From the NCBI GenBank assembly GCA_020536535.1, contig JAHLWZ010000253.1:62001-126000 (forward strand): 64,000 bases of DNA, read 5' to 3'. The notes under the pieces were generated by a model. The model saw only the letters and a list, made by a program, of their open reading frames with translations, did not search any database and was not told the DNA's origin. How positions within the stretch are numbered: the first letter of the stretch is position 1; each line of letters starts with the position of its first letter. Positions 1 through 12,289 of this stretch are shown here, piece by piece. A program made the translations under genes and the position numbers. The stretch is from Pelomyxa schiedti. Taxonomy: Eukaryota; Protista; Evosea.

Positions 1-231
1 TCCGGAGCTAATTTTCTTGGCAAGTGCCTCGCTGCCAGACCCTGGGGTGTGGGGGCCCGGCACAGCCGGGCAGTGGCTTCGCTGGATCCAGCATTTTCCC
101 AAAGCAGTGCCCTCGTCATTGCGCAGTAGACGCCAATTTTGTGTTTCTAAAGAAAATGGCGCCACAATGGCCCTCAAGTTTTTCCTTTTTGTTTTCCTTT
201 TTCGTGTAGCCGCCCTCCTCCTACTTGGCTC

Positions 232-2403
232 ATGTCTGCTTCCTCGACAGCAGACCCCAGCATTGTGTACGTCGTGGACCCTGGTACCGTTTCGGCGCCC
301 AACGGACCAAGCAACGGTACCTACACACAACAGCAACAGCAACAACAGCTCGTAGGAGCAGAGAACCAGCCGCAGCACGGCACCGGCGGCAAAAAGCAAC
401 GCAAGCTCACCATAACCAGCGTGGCGGCCAAGGCCCTGAGCTCCCTCTCGCTCAATTCCAACCCCAGGCCCAGCCGCGGTAGCAGCACCAAAAAGCACAG
501 ACACTCGGCCGCAAATATGCAACTGCAGCAGCAGGCTCAGCAGACGACCCACAACCAGCATCCTCAGTCTCAGCATCAGGCTCAAGCTCAAGCTCAAGCT
601 CAGTCTCAGGAACAACCTCTGGCGCAGGGAGGAGGAATTCCTCTGGCTGGGTCCAAGAGGCCGCCTCAGGAACCATCTGGGATTGAGACCTTGTGCTGTG
701 CTGCTACTTCTTCTTCTTCTTCTTCGCACCCCTTAATGGAAGGCGATGAGAGTCACCCAAAAGCACCAGCTCAGAAAAAACCTGTGAGTGTGGCTTATGT
801 GTCTCTTCCTCTGGGTCATTTATTGGGTGTTTGCTTGTGTGTGTATGTGGAGCTTTTAGTTTTTCTTATTCTCCCTGCTAATCTCAATCCCAATCCAATA
901 GAACACAAGTGCTCTCCTAAACTTACTGAATTCTCACCCAAAACCTGCACTTACTCTCGCCAGCTCTGTTGTTGTAAACAATCCACTTACATCCAGTGGA
1001 GCATTCTCTGGAAATCACTACAGTCCCGGTGAGGGCAGTGTGCCCTTTAACAAACTTGTTGTAGACACAACAAATCCGGCCGTAGTTCAAATTCACACTC
1101 CCCCACAGCAAGTACATCACCCAACCCCACTTGCACGTAAGTTTCTCTATGCTTTTTCTGATTATCTAACAATAGACTGGCAGGTCACCCTACCCACTAT
1201 GGTGGTATTCCAGATAGCAGACGTGCAGATCTTCCCCATTACGCCTATCAGAGGTGTTTATTGGAGAAGAGGGGTTGCGTGGAAGATATAGATGAAGGCG
1301 ATTGGGCCGACTCAATATTTGTTACAGACTACGTCTGTGAGGTGATGGATTACACCATGACGAAACAGGTACTTTTATCTCAGAGTTTTCCTTCTAAATT
1401 AGAGCAGATACTGGATAGAGTGGATCCCAATTATATGTCTCGTCAGCCACACATAAATGAGAGAATGCGCGAAATTCTCATTGATTGGCTGGTAACAATA
1501 AAGCACTTCTGTGCCACTTTGTTTCTCAACAACACAGAGTGCAGTCCATGCCAAGTTCAAACTTCTTCCTGAAACCCTATTTCTATCTATCTATATAATT
1601 GATAAATTCTTATCATGCAGACCAGTGCAGAGGTTTGTTACCAAAAACAAATAACAAAAAAATTTTCTTAATTCTGAGTAGACCGGACCTACAACTACTT
1701 GGTATAACGGCTCTTCTCATTGCTTCCAAGTTCGAGGAGATTTTTGCTATAGAAATTCAAGACCTGATTGTTATCTCAGAGAGTGCCTACTCCAGGCATA
1801 TGATTGTGCAAGTTGCTACACTAAACATTCATTCCATTTGGATAACCGAAGCATTGCCATAGATGGAGCAGGAAGTGTTGTCCGTTTTGCAGTTCAACCT
1901 CGCTGTTCCCTCTCCCTTGTTCTTCCTTCGCCGATTCAGCAAGGCAAGCCACGCTGAAAGTGACCAACATACCTACTCCAAGTATCTTGTGGAGATGAGC
2001 ACATTGGACTATGGGCTTCTTCAGTACACACCCTCTCAGGTGGCAGCTGCGGCAGTCTATCTTACTAGGAGGGTTTTCCACCTTCCCCATTCTTGGGTTT
2101 GTGCCACTCTCCCTTTTTTTTTATATAAAAAGGGTATTGTATTAACTCCAAGCAACTTCAGAATGACACTCTTCAGTATCACACATGCCACAGTGAGACG
2201 GAAATCATCCCAATTGCACGGGCCCTTGTTGCAACAGTCCGCAAGTTTGTTTACCTGTTTGTTTTTGTGTGCACCTAATTCCAATTGTGATTAGGTACAC
2301 GTGCACAGTTGATGCTGCGGGGATTGGCAAGGCCATCTTCAAGAAGTATTCCTCCCCTAGATTTTTCGAGGTCTCCACACTTGCCATTCCCAGTGACTTG
2401 TAA
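232..2403 (+). CDS. Mitotic (A/B-family) cyclin, multi-exon, with Q-rich N-terminus
   Basis: Spliced translation gives the cyclin box INERMREILIDWL|SAVHAKFKLLPETLFLSIYIIDKFLS, then LQLLGITALLIASKFEEI, MEQEVLSVLQFNL, PLFFLRRFSKA, YLVEMSTLDY, PSQVAAAAVYL, ending AIFKKYSSPRFFEVS..TAA at 2401-2403. Confidence 0.92.
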
Positions 2404-2910
2404 GGATATTTCTGGATGCAGTAATTTCGAGAACAGAGCAACACCCCCAACTGAAAAGACAAAAAAAAAAAACAAAATGCAATACAAAAAAAAAAAAGAA
2501 AGAAGGGGTGCTTGCAACAACACAAACAAGGTTTGAAGTAAATGGGCAACCAATTGTCAGCTTTAGCTGGGTGCCCCCTTTTTAGGCACTTTGAGATTCT
2601 CGCGGTTGTTCTGGCCAGAACCAATATCGTTCCAAGAGAAAAAAAAGCCATCTTGTACGTGGTTACAGTACATGCGGCGAAGGGACGCCGGCGGGTATTG
2701 ATATATTAGGTAGATCTAGAATTTAGATGAAGTGACTGGACCGAAGTGCTAATGCCTACCGATAGGCGATTTCCCTGCCAAAATAACTTTGACAGCTTAT
2801 AATCGTATCGTAAAACAACGCAGTGTTGATATTTGTTTTTTAATTAAAACACCCAACAGCAAGATCCTCCTTCTGTTCTGTTCCTTGTTTATTGCTTAGT
2901 CACTGGTACC

Positions 2911-4678
2911 ATGGAGCATAACGACGAGTTCACGGTCGGTTGTTACCCGCAGATCCACAAGTACATCGGCATCTCGCCCCACTCTTTGTGCGGCTACATG
3001 TGGATGTTTTCAAAGGCCGTATGTACGGACATGTGGCAGTATTTGTGGAACAAGGCGACCGGTAGTGAAGCCGCGCATCTTTACATGCTTTCTGGATGGA
3101 ATGCTTTTTGGACCAGGAGGATCTACACCTTCGTCGAGGACGCCTTCAATAGACCAATTTTTGGTGCTCCTTCATCATGGATCGATGTCATGGAGAGGAA
3201 AGTTGACCAACAGTCCAGCCGTCTTGTTCCTGCAAAATATATGTACGAGAAAATTCTTATGTAATAGCTTTGTACTCACACTGTGCAGTCGAAGATGCCT
3301 GAATCTAGGTTCGTATAACTACCTTGGATTCGGTGGTCCCCATCCTACAATTGGGCCCCAGCTTCAGGCCGTTCTTTTGAAATGCGGTCCCTCTATGCGT
3401 GCGTGCGAGTGTTTAGTTTGAAAACATTAACTTTCCCATGCAGCTGGTTTTGCCCTGCAAAACGGAATAAGTCTTGAACAACGACGGGCCGAGCAAATGA
3501 TGGCTGAATTCTTGTTGAAGGAAGATGCAATAATTTTACCTATGGGCTTTGCTACCAACAGTACAATTATTCCCTGTCTTGTGGGACCAGGGTGTCTAGT
3601 CATTTCCGACTCTTTGAACCACGCTTCAATCATTACTGGTGTTCGCCTTTCTGGTGCTAAAGCGGCTGTGTTCAAACACAATGACATGGATAGCCTTGAA
3701 ACACTCTTATGTGAAGCTGTACATTGTGGTAATTTTGTCTTTCAAGTCTTAATCCCCGTTAATGTTGTCACTACAGAAAAACCTTGGAAGAAGATTTTGA
3801 TTATTGTGGAGGGCATTTATAGTATGGAGGGGGAGCTTACCAATCTTCCTGAAGTCGTTCAACTGAAAAACAAATACGGTGCCTATCTTTATGTTGACGA
3901 GGCCCACTCCATTGGGGGTGTTGGACCAACTGGAAGGGGAGTTTGTGACCACTTCTCAATCTCAATGACTGATGTTGATATTTTGATGGGTAAACCCTAC
4001 TTTCTTATATTTGGATACCTGACCGATCCGCGTAGGTACATTCACCAAATCATTTGCGTCATGCGGTGGGTACATTGCTAGTACAGCATCTGTGATTTCT
4101 CATCTTCGAACAACCTGCTTTGCCTCAGTATATGGTGCAAGCATGTCCCCTGTTTGTGCGAGACAAATCATTGCTGCTCTTCAATTGATGCAATCGCCTG
4201 AGGGGCTGCACCGCCTTACTCAACTGAGGGATAATAGCTTGGTTCTACACCAGGGTAACTTTATTTGGCTCCGAAAGCTAGCCATTTAATCGTTCTTAGG
4301 TCTCAGGGAGATGGGGTGTTCTATGCTCGGACCAGAGGGTGTTCCAGTTGTACCGATGTTTTTATACCATCCAAACAAGATTGCCGACTTCTCAAGGGAA
4401 TGCTTCAAGAGGCATCTTGCGGTGGTTACTGTTGGCTACCCTGCCACTTCCGTTCTAGATTCTCGGTACCGCATCATATTTCCCTTTTTCCCATCTTATA
4501 ACGTTGTAGAGTGAGGTTCTGTGTTTCTGCCGCTCACACTGCTGATGACATTAAGTTTGCACTGGCCTCCCTGAAGGAAGTAATCGAAATCTGTGGCGTG
4601 GACTACGCCCATACACACGCAACTTCGGAGCATCAATTCACAAAAGCTTCAGGTATCTTTTTGCTTTTCCCCAAGTAG
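2911..4678 (+). CDS. LCB2: Serine palmitoyltransferase LCB2/SPTLC2-like moiety (probably the N-terminal half of a fused LCB2-LCB1 gene)
   Basis: Motifs NRPIFGAP, CLNLGSYNYLGF, MGFATNS, SDSLNHASI, WKKILIIVEGIYSMEG, YLYVDEAHSIG, PLP-lysine GTFTKSF and RVRFCVSAAHT. Confidence 0.92.
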
Positions 4679-4690
4679 AGCTGACAATAG

Positions 4691-5975
4691 ATGGCAGGCA
4701 AAGTAGACCCCATAATTGCAAGTAAACCAGTAACGTATCATCCACAACCATTGGCTCCTCTTACTGAAACTCCCTTTCAACCCCGGGTCTTCAACCCAGA
4801 GTCCATGCCGATCATGCTTTCTTCGTATGACAGCTCCCTTTTCCCTCTTCAATTGTAACGATGACTTAAGATTCAATTTCCTTGGACTCCTACAGTCCTC
4901 AGAGCTAAAAGCTGCCGCAGCTGAAGTTTTGGCTGAAGTTGGGTGTGGGTCATGTGGACCGAGAGGTTTTTACGGTACTACACGGTTCCACCTTGAATTG
5001 GAACACCAGTTGGCCAATTTCCATCAAACAGAGTCAGCAATTGCTTATTCCTATGCTAATGCCACTATGACCAGTGTGGTACCTGCATTTGCTCAAGCCG
5101 GCGATTTTGTTGTGTGGGATGATGGTGCTGGCTTTGGAATCCAAAGCGGTTTGAGACTCTCACGTGCCAAAGCCATACCTTTTGCACATAACGACATTCA
5201 AAACCTTGAGGAGGTTCTTACTCTCCTGGAACGTGATCCGGCCTTCCCAAATGCAAGGGCTCGTTACCTTATTGTGGAGGGACTCTATACCAACTCTGGA
5301 GATATTGCTCCTTTACCCGACCTTATTCGCTTGCGCGATGCTCATCGCATGAAGCTGATAATAGACGAGTCTCTTTCTATTGGAACCCTTGGCAAGACTG
5401 GTCATGGCCTAACAGAGCACTACGGGCTTCCAACGTCAGCCGTTGATCTCATTGTTGGGTCTCTTGAAGGGTCTATGTGCAGTCAAGGTGGATATTGTGT
5501 ATGCACTAATGCAGAAGCCGCCTACCAAGTTCTTAACGCTAGTTCCTACTGTTTCTCTGCTTCTGCCCCTCCTTTCTCCTGTGCGGCTGCCTGTGCGGCA
5601 CTAGACGTGATTCGCAGAGACGGCACTGCACTGATAGGCCGACTCCAAGAGAATATTTCCCTCCTGCGTAATTTGCTAGCTGCCAGGTGCCCAATGTTAG
5701 TTGCCCAAGGCCATGAGAAATCCCCAGTCTTCCACCTTCGCCCTGCCCCAGGCGTTGTAGAAGCAAGTGGGTGTGAGCTTGACTCCGAGTTCCTCAAGCG
5801 AGTTAGCCAGATTGCCTGGGACCACGGAGTTGCAGTTGGTGTTCACGCTCAGTCACCACAGTTTGTTGTTGAAGGTCTTACACCAAGCCTTATGGTATGC
5901 GCGTCTGTAGACCACACCCCGGAGCAACTCGAACAGGCAGTTCAGGTACTTGCTATGGCTTGCAGCAAATCGTGA
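4691..5975 (+). CDS. LCB1: Serine palmitoyltransferase LCB1/SPTLC1-like moiety (probably the C-terminal half of the fused gene)
   Basis: YHPQPLAP, spliced LSSFNFLGL, GCGSCGPRGFYGT, LIVEGLYTNSGDIAPLP, IIDESLSIGTLGKTGHGLTEH, GSLEG lacking the PLP lysine (as expected for LCB1), SYCFSASAPP; same frame as the LCB2 moiety. Confidence 0.9.
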
Positions 5976-6064
5976 GACAAAACCCCGTTTTTTTGTACAA
6001 AGAAAATTTTGTAAAGGCCAACCTTCCTTTTTGTTTACGACACTTTCCCCTTTTTGGCTTCTGT

Positions 6065-8163
6065 TTATTCCGCATCCATGTTTTGTGAGCTACACGGGGG
6101 AGATCTGGGGCCTGGTCTAGTCTCCGTGCCGTATTCGTCTACTACGGCAGAGAACAGGAGGCGAAGGTCGTCGTTGTGCTCTGCAATTGTACGCAAGGAC
6201 TCCAGAATGTCAGACCTACCTTGTAGGTAACCCGGGTGAATTGAAAGAATTTTCCTGCATGCCTGTCATTGACAGCGTTATCTACACCGAAGTATCAGGG
6301 AATCAGTGCTTACCAAAAGTATGATGGTTGACATCTTTGGGTATTTGCGTCCTAGGGCAAAGAAACTATCCCACACTCCCAATGAGAGAATATGGCTGTA
6401 ATATACGAGGATAGTAGTTACTCAATTCAGTGCATCACAAGAAAATTCGTACTCCGTGATATCGGGAGCGCCGGACTCAATTGAATTGCACACAACCCAG
6501 CATGCCTCTTTGCGAACCTTCATTTTGTCCGCCTTCAGGTTATGTATCACAGTGGTTAAGCAGCCGCTGTTGAAAAGGGTCCGCACTTGTTCGCTGTTAA
6601 ACGATGAGTTTCTGATCGGTAAACACATACAAGTTACCTAGACCCAGCGGCCACATTGGACAGCTAAACGATTAAGAAAAAGTTATGGCAAAAGGAACTG
6701 GGTACACACAAAGAAGCAAGTTGCTGTCCGTACAACGGTTTTGCGACTTTTGAGCCTTATTGTAAACGTGGATAGTTAATTTTAAGGTACTCTACGTTAT
6801 TTTTCAGTTTAGGGACATACAAATGGTCACAGACTTGCAAAACATTTGCCTCAAGAAGAGCCTTGTCAAAACTAAGAAACAAAGCCTTATCTCTCAAAAA
6901 TAACCTGAGTTTGCGCATCACTGAAGGTTTTTAAGAAACACAAAAGAAATTAAAAAGGTACATACTTCCCAGCACCGATGTGGTGCAAGGCCTTAAAAGT
7001 GGGCACCTGTACATTCGCGTCATCTATCTGTGACTTCTTTAGGGGGAAAACAACGAGAATTGCATTACAGTCAGTACATGAATCAATACAGGAACCAGCC
7101 CTGCAGAAAGTATTGGGTCAATAAACCTATGGGAGCGGCACAGATATGATATCGCCCTACAGACAGCAAAATGACTAGTTGAAAATAATTCTCTTGGAAC
7201 CATGCAGCATTACTGATCACATCATTGTTGTTGCTATGGAAAAGAGCGATGAGCGTTGGGAAGACCCCTGCAGAAGTGCCAGCTGCTAATTGGAGGTAAG
7301 ATGAAGTGCTAGTTACAACGTTTGCAGTACTTGGCATAAACAACGAAACACTGGGACGCGGCTTGGCTCTACATAGATTGGCCAAGGCCCAACTCTGAAG
7401 TTACATAAAGGTAAAAGAAAGACATAGTAGGCTAGAAGTACCGCAGTCTTTAGAAAAGGAGGTTTGTCTGAGAACCTCTCTATCGCGGAAATAAGAGCCG
7501 GCAGGAAACCTTGGTCAACAACAAGGTCCCGGATCACATGACCATCCCCACACAAATTTCCAACTGCCCATATGGCCTTTGTATTCCATTGTTGGCCTAT
7601 ACCGACTCAAAAATGACATACTTGGGAACATATATCCATATTAGTACTGGACACAAGAGCAATCAACGGTGGGATAATGCCCATATCAACCGTAGCTTTT
7701 GGATGCGCCGAGTGCTTGCTGCCACAAACTACCAACAAATAAGCTCGAATTAAGTAACGGGCAATGACTATTTGTCAGTGCCCATAGTGATTCAAATTGC
7801 AAGCAGGGACTGTCTGTCTGAAACGAACGTTTTATTCAGGTTACATAAACAAAGTCTCAAACCATCCAGAGAAACTGAATGAGCCTAGGCACCACGCCAC
7901 TGCCCAGGATTTCGTCAATAGGTGGTTCTGGTCGGGAGCTTAGACGTACCATCGCATAGCACCGCATCACATGAATCGAATATACAACAACAAAAGAAGA
8001 GGAGTGGCAACAAGACCCAACTGTGCCTTATGCTCAACCATCGCCGCAGTTCACAAGTCGCCGAGACAACAGTAGACGCCTTTTCATTGGACATTACTGC
8101 TTCCACGGCGGCGGCAACACTCGTCGTTGGAACCAGTTCGTCGCTCACGGTAACTGCTGTCAT
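6065..8163 (-). CDS. Divergent importin-alpha-like ARM-repeat protein lacking the N-terminal IBB domain
   Basis: ARM motifs LRRWLS, PRLIQFL, LQFESLWALTNIC, AIWAVGNLCGDGHVIRDLV, WAMANLCRAKP, VRKEACWVVCN; many short introns. Confidence 0.8.
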
Positions 8164-8176
8164 TGTTTCTTTGAAG

Positions 8177-8689
8177 AAGTTTTTGCCAACATTGCTGTTT
8201 CTTTACAGCTGAAATTGAAACTGTGACAGCTGTTCGGTTTTTTGTTCTGCGTCCCGTTGCATCGTGAATCGGCCCCGCACGCGCAAAAAAACTTGTACGA
8301 GTATTGGTATTGCCACACTCAGAAGACAATCCCTGAAACCGAAAAATTTTATAGATCGATAATTTCAACTCTGTCCTGTTCGAGATTGAGGCAATTTTCC
8401 CACAATTCATCAGTGGCGACAAAGGAACGGCACTTTGGCCGGGAGCTCCGACAATTATTTTATGGGGAAGAGAGGAGATTAGAGAGGGGAGGGGGAGGAC
8501 GGGTGGGTCGAGGACTACCTTCCTGCCTGCACCTTCAGTACCCTCTCCATTGCCGTATCACCTTCCCCTATAGAGTAATAGAAACACACGCCAACCACAA
8601 AACAAACATTTTTTTTGCTTTGTTTTTGCTAAACGATGAGCGAGCCGGTGTTGATGAGGGAGCTACGGGCGCAGGGCGAGCTGTACGAA
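8177..8689. repeat. Duplicated copy of the HAUS1 upstream/promoter cassette (paralogous to ~51600-52113)
   Basis: Collinear near-identity by eye from TGCCAACATTGC through ...GAGCTGTACGAA. Confidence 0.9.
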
Positions 8690-8734
8690 AGGCGATTTGG
8701 CCTCTTGACCCCTGTGGCAAAGGGTGATGAATAA
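8636..8734 (+). pseudogene. 5' fragment of HAUS1 (first 18 codons), then unrelated sequence and a stop
   Basis: ATGAGCGAGCCGGTGTTGATGAGGGAGCTACGGGCGCAGGGCGAGCTGTACGAA is identical to 52060-52113. Confidence 0.85.
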
Positions 8735-8959
8735 GGTTACAGCACCACAATCCTCAAAGCAAGCTTCTCTTTCAGCGCAAGTGATCTCCCTGCCTGCACC
8801 TTCAGTACCCTCTCCATTGCCGCCTCTCCTTCCCCATTGAAGAAAAAATAGAAGCACACCCCAGCCAACCACAAAACATTGAAACAACCAAAACTTTTTT
8901 TCACTGTAACAGAAGCCTGTTTTTTTATGTTCGGGAACCTTGAGGTGGAGGTGGGGTAC

Positions 8960-11900
8960 TCATCTTTGGGTTGGTGGTGGTTGTGTGTGTCCTGGGGACT
9001 TTGGGTGGGGGCCTGTTGGTGCTGCGGCGTTCGTGTCGTTGGAACTGTCAGTGTTGGTCTCTAAGACCTGAGCCGGGGTACCCTCGGTCACGTACTTCAT
9101 TGGATCATCACTGCGATCGCGTTGGTTGGTAGCAATTGTGGAGGTGGTGGCGGCGGGCTGAGGTTGCTGGATAAAGAAAGGAAGTGGGGGTACAAGGAAC
9201 GTGTTTGGTCCTTCAACTACTCTCGCACTGCTGTGCACGTGGTTTGTGTTGGAAGCTGTGGCTGTGGTGGTGGATTTCTCGTTACCGTGGGGACCTCCAT
9301 AATGATGGTGAAGGCCGATGGATGAGGGGGGAAGTGACTCTGGACGAACAGCTTCCGGAACCAGTGATTGGTTTTTCCTTTTCCGGAGTAAATTGCGGTC
9401 ACGGCTTTGCTTCTTCACAGGGGCTGGAGATGGTGTAGCCATCATGCTGGCGGGACTGGGGCTCTGATTCAACGGCCACTGATTCTGAGGAATCAAGTAA
9501 TCAGCACGCCCATTGCCCATTGCGCTGGGTGATCCCTCCTCTCTTTGAGGGACACCCTTGTAATGATGAACTTTACGGTGGAATGCCTCGACACCTCCTT
9601 GATTGGGGTGCTTGGAAAGCAACTCTTCGCCAGCGTGAGGTAGAAATTCACGCAACACACGAGCAATGGTTTCAGAGGAACATGACATCACAAGCCAGTC
9701 AAAAAGAGATGGCAAGTCCCTGGTGCCATCCATGCTGAAAAATTTTCCAGATACACTCAAGTCGACAAAGACTGCCTCATAAAGCATCTTGACAGTAATC
9801 TTATTGCCCACATACTCAGCAACAGCTCCGCCAAGTTTGTCATTGATTGTACTCAGCAGGTAAAGCGTGACTGGCCACGTGCTGTCTTGAACTTTGTAAA
9901 GTGCCAAAATCATATCGCGAACGTGGAACATCTGGGCCAAGGCAGTCAACACCGCCTGTAGTGTGAAGATGTGTTTGTTCAACTTTTTGTATCCAATGGG
10001 ACAGTGAACCGTGCCACCCTTTTTGGTCGATTCAGGCCTCAATCTTAAAATGCCTTCAAACAGGAGGATGGGGTATTGAACCACATCTTTAGAAAAGAGG
10101 TCGTTGAAAGATAACCACTCGAGTGCATCCCTGCTGCACCCCTTCTGAATCAGATACCTCACTGCAGCGTTCATCTTGAATTTCCCAGTTCTGATTTGGT
10201 CTCTCAGAAAGGGCAGCAAAGCATCGGCAACTCCCAGTGGTGTCTCTGGTGGTTTATTTCGTGTGGGCACCAAGTAATGCTGCTGAACTGAAATCGATGA
10301 CAACGCACTGTTTGGGAGGCCGATGAAGTCTTCATAGGCGCGGTGGAAGTGCTCAGGAGGTGGTGTCAATGCTTTGACAAGCAAATCAGACAAGAGCGTT
10401 GCATTGATTACGGCCTTGAAGTCGGGGTGGTTGACCAACGACCGGAAGATGGCAACATTTTTCGATTCACACACCAATTTAAGGGTTTCTTCCAACCAGA
10501 CTCGCAACCTGTCGGTGCTCCATGGTAACCTTTGACAAAGCAAGAGAATTTCATCGAACATATCCGTTGCTTCATCAGTGTGGTGCCTTGCAACGTATCC
10601 CAAGATGGTGGGGAGGGTTCGTTGGACTTCTTCATCACCTTGGCTGAAATCAGCGCTCACAAGTATTTTCACGATTCCCCACATCGCGGAGAGTGAGGCA
10701 GCCTTTAGAACCATCGATTTTCCGAACTGCGGCCATCCTTGCCGTACGAACTCTGGAGGGTCTGGTTCAGTGCCCCATCGCGAGGGCTCCGACTCGAACA
10801 GCTCTTGTACAACCTTCTTGGTTGCGATGAAGTTCTCAGTGGTGGTGCATGCAGCCCTGAGAAGGATGGTGCTGAAATTTTTTCTGTTGTGACGCAAACC
10901 CTCCCTGTTCGGCACTGCATTGAGGAACACCTTGCACAGCTCCGGGTGGCCTCCTGACACTGCGTGGCAGAACGCATTGGTACACAATCTGCGAGTCTCT
11001 TCGTTGTAAAGGATCTGTGTGCTTGGTGGAGCCTTCTGCAGAATGGCTTCCACCACTGGCACGGCTCCTGTCGCACTCGCGACTTCCAGCAAATCTTTGG
11101 CCTTGATTTTGTCATCCATTGGTGTTCTGAAAACGAGGAACTCGACCAGATCCCTCATCAGTGCCCCGTAACACCCGAGTGTCCCCTTGTCATCTCCTCG
11201 TCTTACTGCCATCATGCACTGCTGTATCGCTGTGGAAATTCCCATGCACACGGCAACGCAGAGGTTCCTGTTGTTTGGCTTCCATTCTCGGCTCAGAATA
11301 CTAATCATCACTGTGGAGCCTGTTGCGCGCGGGACAACGACACCGTTGCCAGTGCTGTTGCTGCTGCTGCTGTTGTTTTCATCAGAACAAATGATGGCTT
11401 GCGGTAATTGCAATGGAATTGCTCCTGGCATAACGAACTTGGCCCACTCTTCGGCAAACCGATATTGAGCATGTGCCAGGGCATATTCAAAGGCACCTGA
11501 AAGAAGACAGAGAAATTGGCCATGAAATTAGTGTTGAGATGGGATGTCAGGGGATACACAACAAATAAAAACAAGGAAAAGAAGAAGAACAGAGACACAG
11601 TCAAACAAACCTGGTGTTGATCCAGGGAAACAGTGAAACCGGTTTTGGAACTTCGTGAGATATTCAGTTGCCAGTCTGGGAGTGCCGCAAGCAGCACACA
11701 CGTTTATCCTGTTCGTGATGCTCCCAACTCTGTTTTTGAGCCACTTGCGGGCCTTTTTCCGTCCCCAGGGGTGGTAAACCTCAGCCATCCTCACAACGAA
11801 CTCCGTTTCAGGTTTGTCAAAATGCTTCAGGTGCCCAATGACAATGTCCGTCCTCCACCGATTAGAGCCCCTTTTCCTTTTGCAGTTGCAGAAAGCACAA

Positions 11901-12058
11901 GGGCCGCTCCCGCCCCCTGTTGTTGTTGTTGTTGTTGTTGTCGTCGTCGTTGGTGGTGGTGGTGGTACTTGCACAGTGGATATCTGATAGTCGTTGCCGA
12001 ACAGGTTCGGGAAAACATAACGTTGGATGAACGAGAGGTTGGAGACGGTCTCGTTCAT
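8960..12058 (-). CDS. Large protein with degenerate ankyrin-like repeats and a low-complexity tail
   Basis: ORFs 11528-12178 and 8960-11431 join in frame across one GT-AG intron (LFD|CAFEYALAHAQ); ANK-like helices LLEVASATGAVPVVEAIL, AFCHAVSGGHPELCKVFL, LVCESKNVAIFRSLV; first in-frame ATG is at 12058, true start uncertain. Confidence 0.7.
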
Positions 12059-12289
12059 GGCGCGTAATCTCGTCGCTTTGACATCATCCGCCGCCGCCGC
12101 CGCCGTGCTGGTGGGTGTTGTCTCAGAGGTTGTTGATGATGATGGCCATGACGACTCCTTGTTGTCTTGTTGCAACACACCTGGCCCCCTGTTCTTATTG
12201 CTTTGTGATCTATTTTTTTTTTTTTTTTTTGTTGCAAGATGAATTGTTCGTTGTTAGTTGCAGGGTAGTGGGACCACGGTGGTGTGCTG

